Source: Octopus sinensis
Lineage: Eukaryota
Reading direction: 5' to 3'
Length of the DNA: 64,000 nt
NCBI RefSeq assembly: GCF_006345805.1
Contig: NC_043006.1
Location: 11,532,001 to 11,596,000, forward strand
The notes beneath the pieces were generated by a model. It was not told where the DNA came from. It saw only the letters and a list, made by a program, of their open reading frames with translations, and made no database searches. A program made the position numbers and the translations under genes. Of this stretch, positions 39,577 to 52,542 are shown piece after piece (within the stretch, counting starts at the first letter, position 1; each line of letters starts with the position of its first letter).

Positions 39577-39749
39577 CATACATATATACGACAGGCTTCT
39601 TTCAGTTTCCGTCTGCCAAATCCACTCACAAGGCTTTGGTCGGCCCGAGGCTATAGTAGAAGACACTTGCCCAAGGTCCCACGCAGTGGGACTGAACCCG
39701 GAACCATGTGGTTGGTAAACAAGCTACTTACCACACAGCCACTCCTGCG
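39272..39749 (-). mobile_element. SINE-B
   Basis: Family head and tail. Confidence 0.9.
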
Positions 39750-39968
39750 CTTGTTATTTTTCACTTCAGTTTTACGTCCTCCTCGATTTCGAATCATTCC
39801 GCATCTTCCCTTCACATCCTACACACACATACTGTCACAATATGACAGACATTTCTGCATCCGCATACCCATACACAGACCTATACATATGACAGATTTA
39901 CACAAAATCACACATGCACATACACTACACATAAACGACCAGGCACACTGAATAGTTTTAATATTAAA

Positions 39969-40363
39969 CTAGCAGTATCGCCCGGCGTTGCTCGGGTTTG
40001 TAAGGGAAATAACTATAAAGCATTTTTAGAGAGTTATAGCCAAAAATTAGCAAAAAAATGCATTAAAAATGGAAAAAAAATTATGGTAAATTTTTTTTAA
40101 TCGTTGACTCATCGTAGACATTTTTAGAGAGTTACTTCCCTTATATAATAGCGAAAAAAATACATTAAAATGGAAAAAATGATGGTAAATTATTTTTAAA
40201 ATCGTAGACTCATCGTAGACGCGCGCTAATACCCAGAATGGCTCGATATGAATCACGACTATAAGATACCCGGTTTTGGTTAAACTGCACCGCAAAATGT
40301 GGGAGTAGTTAGGAATCTAAATCGAAGGAGACAGACACACAACCTTACTTTTATACATAAAGA
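39969..40363 (-). mobile_element. Non-autonomous Helitron, type 2
   Basis: A|TC ... CTAG|T with subterminal hairpin. Confidence 0.9.
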
Positions 40364-40439
40364 TTTATGAAAATATATCCTCATTACAATGTGACAAACA
40401 TATATTTCTGTATCGACATAAACAGTGAGACCTGTACAT

Positions 40440-41092
40440 ACGATTTCTGATGGAGTCATGTCTTTCAGATGAAGGTACTTTATGACAGCACGATACTCAG
40501 TTTTCTCCATTTTCCTTGTAACCTCGATACTTGTTTATTAAAAAATCTGTAAGAAAAAAAAATTAAGATATCAGAATCATGAAAATGAGCAAGAATATTC
40601 CGAAAAGACTGTACTTACCTGACAGTGGAGGCGCAATGGCCCAGTGGTTAGGGCAGCGGACTCGCGGTCATAGGATCGCGGTTTCGATTCCCAGACCGGG
40701 CGTTGTGAGTGTTTATTGAGCGAAAACACCTAAAAAAGCTCCACGAGGCTCCGGCAGGGGATGGTGGTGATCCTTGCTGTACTCTTTCACCACAACTTTC
40801 TCTCACTCTTTCTTCCTGTTTCTGTTGTACCTGTATTTCAAAGGGCCGGCCTTGTCACTGTCTGTGTCACGCTGAATATCCCCGAGAACTACGTTAAGGG
40901 TACACGTGTCTGTGGAGTGCTCAGCCACTTACACGTTAATTTCACGAGCAGGCTGTTCCGTTGATTCGGATCAACCGGAACCCTCGTCGTCGTAAACGAC
41001 GGTGTGCTTCCATCCATTACCTGACAAAATTGTTTCAGCTACCTAGCAGCCTCGGTTCTAGGTTAGGCTCAAACCTTTTCATACACCCCTCG
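40440..41092 (-). mobile_element. mariner (Tc1/mariner) 5' fragment: TIR, 5' UTR and first about 23 codons, split by SINE-C
   Basis: TA|CGAGGGGTGTATGAAAAGGTTTGAGCCT TIR at 41065-41092; MEKTEYRAVIKYLHLKDMTPSEI is a mariner HTH N-terminus. Confidence 0.8.
40625..41016 (+). mobile_element. SINE-C with 10-bp TSD
   Basis: TSD TTACCTGACA. Confidence 0.9.
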
Positions 41093-41364
41093 TATAATAA
41101 GCCTTATCCACGTAGACACACGCTGTTACGAGCACACATAAACGCAACACAAAGATGATCACGTACACTGAATAATTACATTTTTACATCTCTCACGCAC
41201 GTATATACACATACACGATACGCAGATACACCCAACAATCTTCAGCATTCTACATGATCAGTTATCATTTTAGCAGCAATCATTTCAGCTACACACGAAC
41301 ACACTGACACACAGTACAAAATGACAAAAAGCTGCTTTTCTGCGTCCCGTCACACACACATACA

Positions 41365-43804
41365 TATTTCTTTACTACGCACAAGGAGCTAAACACAGAG
41401 GGGACGAACAAGGACAGACAAACGGATTAAATCGATTACATCGACCCCAGTGCGTAACTGGTACTTATTTAATCGACCTCGAAAGGATGAAAAGCAAAGT
41501 CGACCTCGGCGTAATTTGAACTCAGAACGTAACGGCAGACGAAATACCTATTTCTTTACTACCCACAAGGGGCTAAACATAGAGAGGACAAACAAGGACA
41601 GACAAACGGATCAAGTCGATTACATCGACCCCAGTGCGCAACTGGTACTTATTTAATCGACCTCGAAAGGATGAAAAGCAAAGTCGACCTCGGCGTAATT
41701 TGAACTCAGAACGTAACGGCAGACGAAATACCTATTTCTTTACTACCCACAAGGGGCTAAACATAGAGAGGACAAACAAGGACAGACAAACGGATTAAGT
41801 CGATTACATCGACCCCAGTGCGCAACTGGTACTTATTTAATCGACCTCGAAAGGATGAAAAGCAAAGTCGACCTCGGCGTAATTCGAACTCAGAACGTAA
41901 CGGCAGACGAAATACCTATTTCTTTACTACCCACAAGGGGCTAAACATAGAGAGGACAAACAAGGACAGACAAACGGATCAAGTCGATTACATCGACCCC
42001 AGTGCGCAACTGGTACTTATTTAATCGACCTCGAAAGGATGAAAAGCAAAGTCGACCTCGGCGTAATTTGAACTCAGAACGTAACGGCAGACGAAATACC
42101 TATTTCTTTACTACCCACAAGGGGCTAAACATAGAGAGGACAAACAAGGACAGACAACGGATTAAATCGATTACATCGACCCCAGTGCGTAACTGGTACT
42201 TATTTAATCGAACTCGAAAGGATGAAAAGCAAAGTCGACCTCGGCGTAATTTGAACTCAGAACGTAACGGCAGACGAAATACCTATTTCTTTACTACCCA
42301 CAGGGGCTAAACATAGAGAGGACAAACAAGGACAGACAAACGGATCAAGTCGATTACATCGACCCCAGTGCGCAACTGGTACTTATTTAATCGACCTCGA
42401 AAGGATGAAAAGCAAAGTCGACCTCGGCGTAATTTGAACTCAGAACGTAACGGCAGACGAAATACCTATTTCTTTACTACTACCCCACAAGGGGCTAAAC
42501 ATAGAGAGGACAAACAAGGACAGACAAACGGATCAAGTCGATTACATCGACCCCAGTGCGCAACGGTACTTATTTATCGACCTCGAAAGGATGAAAAGCA
42601 AAGTCGACCTCGGCGTAATTTGAACTCAGAACGTAACGGCAGACGAAATACCTATTTCTTTACTACCCACAAGGGGCTAAACATAGAGAGGACAAACAAG
42701 GACAGACAAACGGATCAAGTCGATTACATCGACCCCAGTGCGCAACTGGTACTTATTTAATCGACCTCGAAAGGATGAAAAGCAAAGTCGACCTCGGCGT
42801 AATTTGAACTCAGAACGTAACGGCAGACGAAATACCTATTTCTTTACTACCCACAAGGGGCTAAACATAGAGAGGACAAACAAGGACAGACAAACGGATT
42901 AAGTCGATTACATCAACCCCAGTGCGTAACTGGTACTTATTTAATCGACCTCGAAAGGATGAAAAGCAAAGTCGACCTCGGGGTAATTTGAACTCAGAAC
43001 GTAACGGCAGACGAAATACCTATTTCTTTACTACCCACAAGGGGCTAAACATAGAGAGGACAAACAAGGACAGACAAACGGATCAAGTCGATTACATCGA
43101 CCCCAGTGCGTAACTGGTACTTATTTAATCGACCTCGAAAGGATGAAAAGCAAAATCGACCTCGGCGTAATTTGAACTCAGAACGTAACGGCAGACGAAA
43201 TACCTATTTCTTTACTACCCACAAGGGGCTAAACATAGAGAGGACGAACAAGGACAGACAAACAGATTAAGTCGATTACATCGACCCCAGTGCGTAACTG
43301 GTACTTATTTAATCGACCTCGAAAGGATGAAAAGCAAAGTCGACCTCGGCGTAATTTGAACTCAGAACGTAACGGCAGACGAAATACCTATTTCTTTACT
43401 ACCCACAAGGGGCTAAACATAGAGAGGACGAACAAGGACAGACAAACAGATTAAGTCGATTACATCGACCCCAGTGCGTAACTGGTACTTATTTAATCGA
43501 CCTCGAAAGGATGAAAAGCAAAGTCGACCTCGGCGTAATTTGAACTCAGAACGTAACGGCAGACGAAATACCTATTTCTTTACTACCCACAAGGGGCTAA
43601 ACATAGAGAGGACGAACAAGGACAGACAAACAGATTAAGTCGATTACATCGACCCCAGTGCGTAACTGGTACTTATTTAATCGACCTCGAAAGGATGAAA
43701 AGCAAAGTCGACCTCGGCGTAATTTGAACTCAGAACGTAACGGCAGACGAAATACTGCTAAGCATTTCGTCCTGCGTGCTAACGGTTCTGCCAGCTCGCC
43801 GCCT
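41365..43804 (-). repeat. SINE-A-derived tandem array: one full head plus 13 units of about 184 bp
   Basis: 12 GAAATACCTATTTC junctions spaced about 184 bp; full head at 43750-43804. Confidence 0.95.
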
Positions 43805-44995
43805 TGTTTTACACACACACATACAGATACACACATGCAACAACACAAGCATACAACACAGAAAATAAAGAGCTATGCACACAGATATTACCTTTCCATG
43901 CCCCTCACAGACAAACACGAACACATAATACGCACGCGCACAAATACGCATAGAATCAAGCACCATTTAACCTCCATCTTATTTCCGGTCAGTCAGTGGC
44001 TAAGCTTGTAGACCAACATTGCGTGGCTTCTCTTTTCCGGGATTACGCGATTGCGCTTTCTAATTCCCTTTTCCCAGTGTCCTCGTCCTTCCCCCTTTTC
44101 TTTTTTTTATTCTCCGAAGAAAGAGGGTTGAAATATTATGGTCCCTAATTAAGTCTCTCCCTTCTCTCAGTTATGTCTGTCTGTCTCTGTCTGTCTCTGC
44201 CTTTCTCTCTCTATATGTGTGTGTGTGTATGTAGAAGATATACATAAAGACCGGGCATATCTGTCTGTCTGTCTATCTATCTTTTTTTTCTCTCTCTTCT
44301 TCTCCTCTCACGTGACTGCTGTTCAACTGGTCTTTTCGCCTTTGACCGCTGCCATGTTAACACTGTTGTCTTCGTCTGCCGCAAAGGCATTTTTTCAAAA
44401 TACGCCAGCCAAGATAAGTTAGATTGTCTGAAGTCGTAGGACACCCGCTGTTTTTGTCCTGTTATTACTATTCCTGTTTTTTTATTTTTTGTTTCTTGTA
44501 TTTATTTTCGTGTGGCATCGTCCGGTTTTCTGTCCTAGTTTCGTATACATTCGATCCTTTTTCCAAAAAATCTAATGCTCGTAGCTTAGTTTTTCCTTGG
44601 CGCTGGCCGGATTGGAGCGATATCAGGATTAATCAGCCGAAATTGCTCAGATGATCCAGTTCCTGACTGAAGATTAGAGGCTTCGAATGACCCGTCTGTT
44701 TTTTTGTGTCGTCTCTTTGTGTGGTTTGCGTTCTTGTCCCCTTTTGTAATTTCTATATATAATGTTTATACATATATATATATATATAATAAATATTAGG
44801 GAATAAATCCAAACTTACAGGGAAAATCAGATTTAGGATTGAATCCAATTTTATAGTAAAATATTATATTATATTAAATTAGAGACAAAACCACTATTAG
44901 GCAAATCAAACTATGAAAGACTTATGCCAATAAATATGATTAATTTATATTATTTAAATATGTAACAAAATTATTAAAAAAATATAATTAATATC

Positions 44996-45058
44996 CCACT
45001 ACGATCGTTTCCTGCCTGCTGTCTTCAAATTTTTGAGTCGCAGTCATTCATCAGGTGG
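44996..45058 (-). ncRNA. Type-I hammerhead ribozyme motif
   Basis: CCAC-CTGATGA-aTGACTGC...GCAGGCAg-GAAAC-GATC-GTA-GTGG; palindrome ACGATCGT. Confidence 0.75.
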
Positions 45059-45183
45059 TTTAAATATCTTTCTTGGCGAGAAATATTTAAACCACCTGAT
45101 GAATTAATCATATGTATTGGCTTAAGTCTTTCATAGTTTGATTTGCCTAATAGTGGTTTTGTCTCTAATTTAATATAATATAT

Positions 45184-45235
<52 letters not shown>

Positions 45236-45435
45236 GAGAGAGAGAACGAGAGAGGGAGAGAGAGAAGGACAAAGAGAGGGAGATAGACAAACACAGTTAT
45301 ATGAAATACCTTACAACATAAATGGCAATTACGACCAGCTATAAAGACAGAGAGATAATCTCAGGAATGTACAATTCTCTAAAGTTGATATACAATTAGG
45401 AAAAAGGACAGGCTTATTTTCTGGATATAAGGACA

Positions 45436-45480
45436 GTTGTGGACGCATGTTTCTGCCTCAAGAGACATCATCAGCGCAAC
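45436..45480 (-). ncRNA. Minimal type-I hammerhead ribozyme motif
   Basis: GTTGCG-CTGATGA-TGTCTCttGAGGCA-GAAAC-ATGC-GTC-CACAAC. Confidence 0.8.
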
Positions 45481-46331
45481 AACTACACTTTATTTCCATA
45501 AGCCAAGGGACTCGGGTTTATAGGAAAAGAGTAGAACATATTTACACCCTAGGTATTTCGCATAATTTCAGGAAAAATGAGCTAAACCTTATAAGCCACA
45601 CTAACCTATGAAATATAAATTCATACATACTTTAATCACACGTACAGTTTCATTCCACTTTATATTCCCGACAATTTATACTCAGCTCTATGTTCCCAAG
45701 CGATTAGAAGTGATTTGATACATTGATACGTATGAATGTCTGTGTTTATGTTTGCAGCGTAAAAAAATCTGTGCAGCTTATGTTAATACCTTTTTGTGTC
45801 CGTAACTTAGAGGTTCGATCGACGGAGAGCATTGAAATAAATACCAAATTCAAGTGAGTACAGAGTCAATATGACCATCGAAACCTTTTTGAGGCAGTTT
45901 TCCAAAATGGCCGCAGTTGAATCACTGAAACTGAAAAATAAAAGTGTCTCTGTTTACATAGCCTTTGTTAACACAATATAGTGAGATACATATTTTAATG
46001 CCTACGCATTAATATACATAAAACATGCACAATGTATTAATACGCCTCAGATTGACAATGTTATCTTGTGTTCTTCAAGTACCTCAAGCAAGCTGTTATG
46101 GTTTTATAGTGCCAGAGATCCATGTCTCAGAGTGAGAAGAAAAAAAGAAAAAAACAATCTATATTGATATATTTTATTTTCGCATTTTCCATCTGTTTTA
46201 ATCTTCACTTTCGTATAGGTAGTAGCCTGATAGTTCACAGAAAACAATAGATTATACATAGAGAAAACACAGAGACGAACATCTTAGCATTTAGACTCGA
46301 TTAACAGAAGCAGATTTGCTTTTCACACGCG

Positions 46332-46363
<32 letters not shown>

Positions 46364-46449
46364 CACATACACATACAAATCTATATACATATATATGCAT
46401 AAATATTTACATGCATAGATACATTTATCTATATCTATCTATCTATCTA

Positions 46450-46497
<48 letters not shown>

Positions 46498-46521
46498 CTT
46501 ATACACACACACATATGTATA

Positions 46522-46591
<70 letters not shown>

Positions 46592-46814
46592 GTTATGTGA
46601 GTGGAAGTGCATAAAATTATAAGTAATAGTATGTAGAATATAAGGTTAAATAAGAAGCTTGAATAAAAACAATGTGGGTTCGTGTCCCACTGGAGCTCTT
46701 CGGCTTTTATTCATCCAGAGGGTTTTCTAATCCAATATTCTTCACGCTAAAATTTATAGCGCGTAGGATATATACCGAAAGAAAAACCAACAAAAAATAC
46801 ACAAAAAAGACTAA

Positions 46815-47217
46815 TACTCTTTTACTCTTTTACTCTTTTACTTGTTTCAGTCATTTGACTGCGGCCATGCTGGAGCACCGCCTTTAATTGAGCAACTCGA
46901 CCCCGGGACTTATTCTCTTGTAAGCCCAGTACTTATTCTATCGGTCTCTTTTGCCGAACCGCTAAGTAATGGGGACATAAACACACCAGCATCGGTTGTC
47001 AAGCAATGCTAGGGGGACAAACACAGACACACGCATATATATATACATATATACGACGGGCTTCTTTCAGTTTCCATCTACCAAATCCACTCACAAAGCA
47101 TTGGTCGGCCCGAGGCTATAGTAGAAGACACTTGCCCAAGGTGCCACGCAGTGAGACTGAACCCGGAACCATGTGGTTGGTAAACAAGCTACTTACCACA
47201 CAGCCACTCCTGCGCCT
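46815..47217 (-). mobile_element. SINE-B
   Basis: Family head and tail. Confidence 0.9.
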
Positions 47218-47291
47218 TAAATTTTCTCGACTTTTCCTATCCAAAGTTTTTTTCAACCCGATACTAACATGCTATTACTTATAACTTTACG

Positions 47292-47510
47292 AAGGCGGTG
47301 AGTTGGCAGAATCGTTAGCGCACCGGACAAAATGCTTAGCAGCATTTCAATCCGTCTATACGTTCTGAGTTCAAATTCCGCTGAGAGCGACTTTGCCTTT
47401 CATCCTTTCGTGGGGGTGGATAAAATAAGTGCCAGTTAAATACTGGGGTGGATGCAATCGACTTGCCTCTTCCTACAAAATTCCCACCTTTGTGCCTCTA
47501 GCAGAACAGA
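47292..47510 (+). mobile_element. SINE-A variant-tail monomer, diverged
   Basis: Head and central domain. Confidence 0.8.
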
Positions 47511-47608
47511 TTATTTGTAACTTAAATTAATGTTCCTCCAAAGCCGATGTCCCCAAAAAAGAACCATTTCACGTTCTCACGAATGTTCATAAACTACCTA
47601 TGATGTTA

Positions 47609-47642
<34 letters not shown>

Positions 47643-47699
47643 TACATATATATATATATATACACACACATACACATGTATATATATATATATATTATA

Positions 47700-48079
47700 T
47701 GGAGGCGCAATGGCCCAGTGGTTAGGGCAGCGGACTCGCGGTCGTAGGATCGCGGTTTCGATTCCCAGACCGGGCATTATGAGTGTTTATTGAGCGAAAA
47801 CACCTAAAGCTTCACAAGGCTCCTGCAGGGGGTGGTGGTGAACCCTGCTGTACTCTTTCACCACAACTTTCTCTCACTCTTTCTTCCTGTTTCTGTTGTA
47901 CCTGTATTTCAAAGGGCCAGCCTTGTCACACTCTGTGTCACGCTGAATCTCCCCGAGAACTACGTTAAAGGGTACACGTGGCTGTGGAGTGCTCAGCCAC
48001 TTGCTCGTTAATTCAACGAGCAAGCTGTTCCGTTGATCGTATCAGCTGGGACCCTCATCGTCGTAACCGACGGAGTGCT
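47700..48079 (+). mobile_element. SINE-C
   Basis: Family head and tail. Confidence 0.9.
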
Positions 48080-48404
48080 AAGAAGATATATATATATATA
48101 CGACGGACTTCTTTCAGTTTCCGCCTACCAAACCGATTCACGAGGCTTAGGTCGCCCCGAAGTTATAGTAGGGGACAATTGCCCAGAGAGCCACGCAATG
48201 GGACTGAACCCGGAACCATGTGGTTGCTTGAGAAGCAAGCTTCTTTTATTCATTTCATTTGCCATAGAGGCAGTAGAAAGATGGGTAGCTTTGCGGGTTG
48301 AACAAGACATTGATGAGGCGAATGATAATTATACAAGATGATAAGGATGGGAGAAGACAGAAAGCGTCCGCCGAACCTCTGCTTCTCTACAACATTGTTC
48401 TTTT

Positions 48405-49116
48405 AAAAACGCTGCTGGAGAGGACCGATCAGGTAAAGGACCTGGGTATCTTGGTGGATTCCTCCTTGTCGCCTTCGGCCCAGTGCGTCCATGCTGCCAA
48501 CAAAGCACGCGGAATTCTGTTCTTGATTCGACGGTCGTTCGGAATGCTCACAGCAGCCATATTCCTTCCACCCTATGTCACGCTGGTGAGACCCATATTG
48601 GAATACGGGATTCAAGCCTCTTCTCCTTATCTCCTCAAAGACATACAGCATCTCGAAAGAGTCCAGAAGCTGGCTACCCGCATGGTTCATGGTCTCAAAA
48701 ATTTGTCCTATGAAGAAAGGCTGAAGACGCTCGACCTTTATTCTCTAGAAAAACGCCGCCGCCGTGGTGATCTCATTCTCGCCCATAGCATCATAAGCGG
48801 AAAGTGTAACCTCTTGAAAGAGCTGTTCTTCACTCCTGCTTCAGAGCGTCGGCTGCGGGGTCATTCCGAAAAGCTCTACCTGCGACGATTTCATCCCAAT
48901 CGAAGGAGAGGAGCTTTCTCCGTTCAGGTTGCGGATCCGTGGAACAAGCTGCCAGACGAGATGGTGAAGATGCCGACGACCGCTTTGTTCAAAGCCTCCC
49001 TTGATCTCAAGTGGCCTGAACTCTTTACATGAACACCACCCTGTACTTAACTCCATGTCCCCCTACATGGCCTTGCTATTTGCTTTTGTGCCAAATTAAC
49101 TAACTAACTAACTAAC
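48405..49116 (+). mobile_element. 5'-truncated CR1/L2-type LINE (RT C-terminal about 205 codons open, 3' UTR, (CTAA)n tail)
   Basis: VKDLGILVDSSL..SAQC..AANKA...LVRPILEYG...LERVQKLATRM..GLKNLSYEERL..LDLYSLEKRRRRGDLI. Confidence 0.92.
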
Positions 49117-49700
49117 ATATACAGAGGTATTAACCCTCTTACAATTTAAAATACAATATATATGGACTATAAAGTCCACACAAATACAAAGCATAATTTA
49201 TACACAAATTGGAGGCGATAAACCTCTACAATCCCTCCCCGAGCAATTTTCTTGCGACTTGCAGGCATTCCTGCAACCACGATTCTATAATTCTCGTTTT
49301 TACATGAGTCAATTATAAGATCCCAGTACTTTCTTTCCAGCACCAGAGCAGCCACCTGCAGAGGCCACTCTGAGCTGTCAATACAAGTCGGGTCCCTCAG
49401 GAACCATGTGGTTGGTTGAGAAGCAGGCTTCTTACCACACAGCCACGTCTATGCCAATAAATTTCTTTTGGCATTTCTTATTAAAATGTTCTGGTAGCAC
49501 AAAAGAACGCAATAACTATTGTTTTTGTTTTTTTAAATCAAGATAAGAACAATTACTATTTAATGTGTCATAGGTTTTAAAAGATGGTAAGATGTGTTTT
49601 GATGGAGATTTGGTTGCTATTTGGCTCGCAAAGAAGAGAGTTTCTTTCAAAGGATAAATTTTCAGATGGGTCATATATTCTTGTTGCACAATATATGTAT

Positions 49701-49788
<88 letters not shown>

Positions 49789-49855
49789 TATATATATATA
49801 TATATAAGATATATATATATATATGTAGATATATATATATATATATATATATATA

Positions 49856-50228
49856 CTAGCAGTATCGCCCGGCGTTGCTCAGGTTTGTAAGGGAAATAAC
49901 TATAAAGCATTTTTAGAGAGTTATAGCCAAAAAATAGCAAAAAAATGGAAAAAAATGATGGTAATTTTTTTGAGAGTTAAAAAAGGTGGAGTTGCGTCCC
50001 CTAGACGGTCTGTGGTTTGGGTTTCTGATTCTCGACCCCATGTCGAATTTATCGATTTTTTTTCAGAACTGGGGGAACTTTTCAAAATTTTCGCTGCGTT
50101 AGTTTTGAATTATGACATTGGGCTATGTGTGTGTCAAGTTTCATCAGAATCGGTTGAAAGCCGTGGTCAGAGTGAGGGTACGAGAAAACAGACACACAGA
50201 AAACGCACAGACAAACTGCCGTTTATAT

Positions 50229-50231
<3 letters not shown>
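49856..50231 (-). mobile_element. Non-autonomous Helitron, type 3
   Basis: Same 3' terminus as types 1 and 2, different 5' half; sister copy at 55257-55642. Confidence 0.88.
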
Positions 50232-50298
<67 letters not shown>

Positions 50299-50620
50299 GA
50301 CAACTTCTTTCGGTTCCCGCCTACTAAATCGATTCACGAGGCTTAGGTCGCCCCGAAGTTATAGTAGGGGACACTACTATAACAGAAGGCACTTTTTTAA
50401 TGTATTAAGTGAAGATGAGGTTACAGTTTATTTACAGACTGGCGAATTAATGGCGATTCCTATTTACAGGAAAACATTTATTAAAGAACAACAGAGCTGG
50501 TTACCAAAAAGCTGATGCTCTTGTTGTTACTTGTTTTGTTTAAGCTACAGTTTAATCAAATCCAGCAGACCACGATCAAAAGCATGTCAACGATTACTAT
50601 CCTATCTTATTTATTGATAA

Positions 50621-51014
50621 CTAGCAGTATCGCCCGGCGTTGCTCGGATTTGTAAGGGAAATAACTATATAAGCATTTTTAGAGATGTAAAGTATAATAG
50701 CCATCTCAATATGGCTAACCACAAAGCGGGGTGTTACTGTAGCTTTTTACGTTCTGAGATTTAATAATACATTTTTAGAGAGTTACTTCCCTTATATAAT
50801 AGCAAAAAAATGCATTAAAAATGGGAAAAAATTATGGTAAATTTTTTTTAAATCGTAGACTCATCGTAGACGCGCGCTAATACCCAGAAGGGCTCGATAT
50901 GAATCACGACTATAAGATACCCGGTTTTGGTTACACTGCACCGCAAAATGTAGGAGTAGTTAGGAATCTAAATCGTAGGAGACAGACACACAACTTCACT
51001 TTTATATATAAAGA
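50621..51014 (-). mobile_element. Non-autonomous Helitron, type 2
   Basis: A|TC ... CTAG|T. Confidence 0.9.
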
Positions 51015-51620
51015 TTAGAACGACGCTGTTCAGAAGTAAGTACTGTTTTAAAATAAAGCAGTAGGGTGTATTTTGAGAAACATGGCTGCTGTGTAAAACA
51101 GATTCACCGACCACCTAGAACATGACGGCTGCTTTGGTGAGGAATCGTTAAACTACCAGAAAAGAATATTCAATACATAATAGTTAATGCATTGTTTTTC
51201 TTGCACCTGGGCCGAGAAGAACAATGAAAGACAAATTTTACAAATTCATAGATGTGTAACTTAAATTAATTCTGCTTTCATAGTACAAACCATTTCTTGT
51301 TATTCAGATGAATTATTAGAAACTTACACTGCTGACTTTCTGTTTAGCTTGCCTTTTATTATATTGAATACTAAAGTAGTTTCTGGCTGTGAAGGCACGT
51401 GGCTTAGTGGTTGTAATATTCAGGTCACGACCGTAAGGTCGTTGACTCGATGCTTGATGGATCGTTGTGTCTTTCAGCAAGACACTTTATTTCACTTTGC
51501 TCCAGTTCACTCAGCTCGCAAAAGCGAGTAGTGCCTGTATGTTAAAGGCACAGCGGTACCACATTTCGTGCGACCCTGAAACTTCCTGACAACTACGTTA
51601 ATGGTTCGTGTGTTTGTGAG

Positions 51621-51853
51621 AAGGCGGCGCGCTGGCAGAAACGTTAGCACGCCGGGCGAAATGCTTAGCGGTATTTCGTCTGTCTTTACGATCTGAGTTC
51701 AAATTCCGCCGAGGTCGACTTTGCCTTCCATCCTTTCGGGGTCGATTAAATAAGTACCAGTTACGCACTGGGGGCAATGTAATTGACTTAACCCTTTTGT
51801 GTGTCCTTGTTCGTCCTTTCTGTGTTTAGCCCCTTGTGGCCAATAAAGAAATA
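51621..51853 (+). mobile_element. SINE-A monomer inserted in an old SINE-C-like copy (about 51380-51950)
   Basis: Flanks GGTTCGTGTGTTTGTGA / GGTACGTGTGTTTGTGA. Confidence 0.85.
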
Positions 51854-52489
51854 GGTACGTGTGTTTGTGAAGTACAGTTAATTTCGCGAGCAAGCACTTC
51901 CGTTGATTAGATCAACTGGAACAGTCGTCATCGTAACCAACGGAGTACCACTTTTTTTAGAGTTTATGGTTTCTAAAACGAAACATTGGTACACATAAAT
52001 GTTATTTAAATCTGGTTATTTATCAAATAAACCTTCAAACCCGTAAACCTTTAAACTCATTAATCCAACTTTTCTTAATATTATGCACACAGTATATTCA
52101 TTAGTTATTCTGAATTTAACATGAAAAGACATAAATAGGATATTTGGTCATGGCAAACTTACAAAAATTAAGTCATTTAACGTATGACATAGAAATATTA
52201 ACATACAACCTTTTCATGGTTATGCAAAAAATCTTAACACGTCAAGTCCCCATTTCTAAACATTCACAACACGCATCACAGAAGTTGTTTACCTTTAACA
52301 TATAATTTTATATTTTGGCTTCAAAGGAATCGGAAATTACTGGATATTAGTTGTATGTGTCTTCACTGACGTAGTTTAATCGAAGTAGAGATGATTTACA
52401 TTAAGCTGCACATATACATACATATACATACATGTACATACATATATACATATATATATATATTATATATATATATAATATATATATTA

Positions 52490-52542
<53 letters not shown>

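Noticed and set aside
41450-43848. Repeated MRNWYLFNRPRKDEKQSRPRR ORFs
   Set aside because: Antisense read-through of SINE-A units; the same peptide appears at every SINE-A copy.
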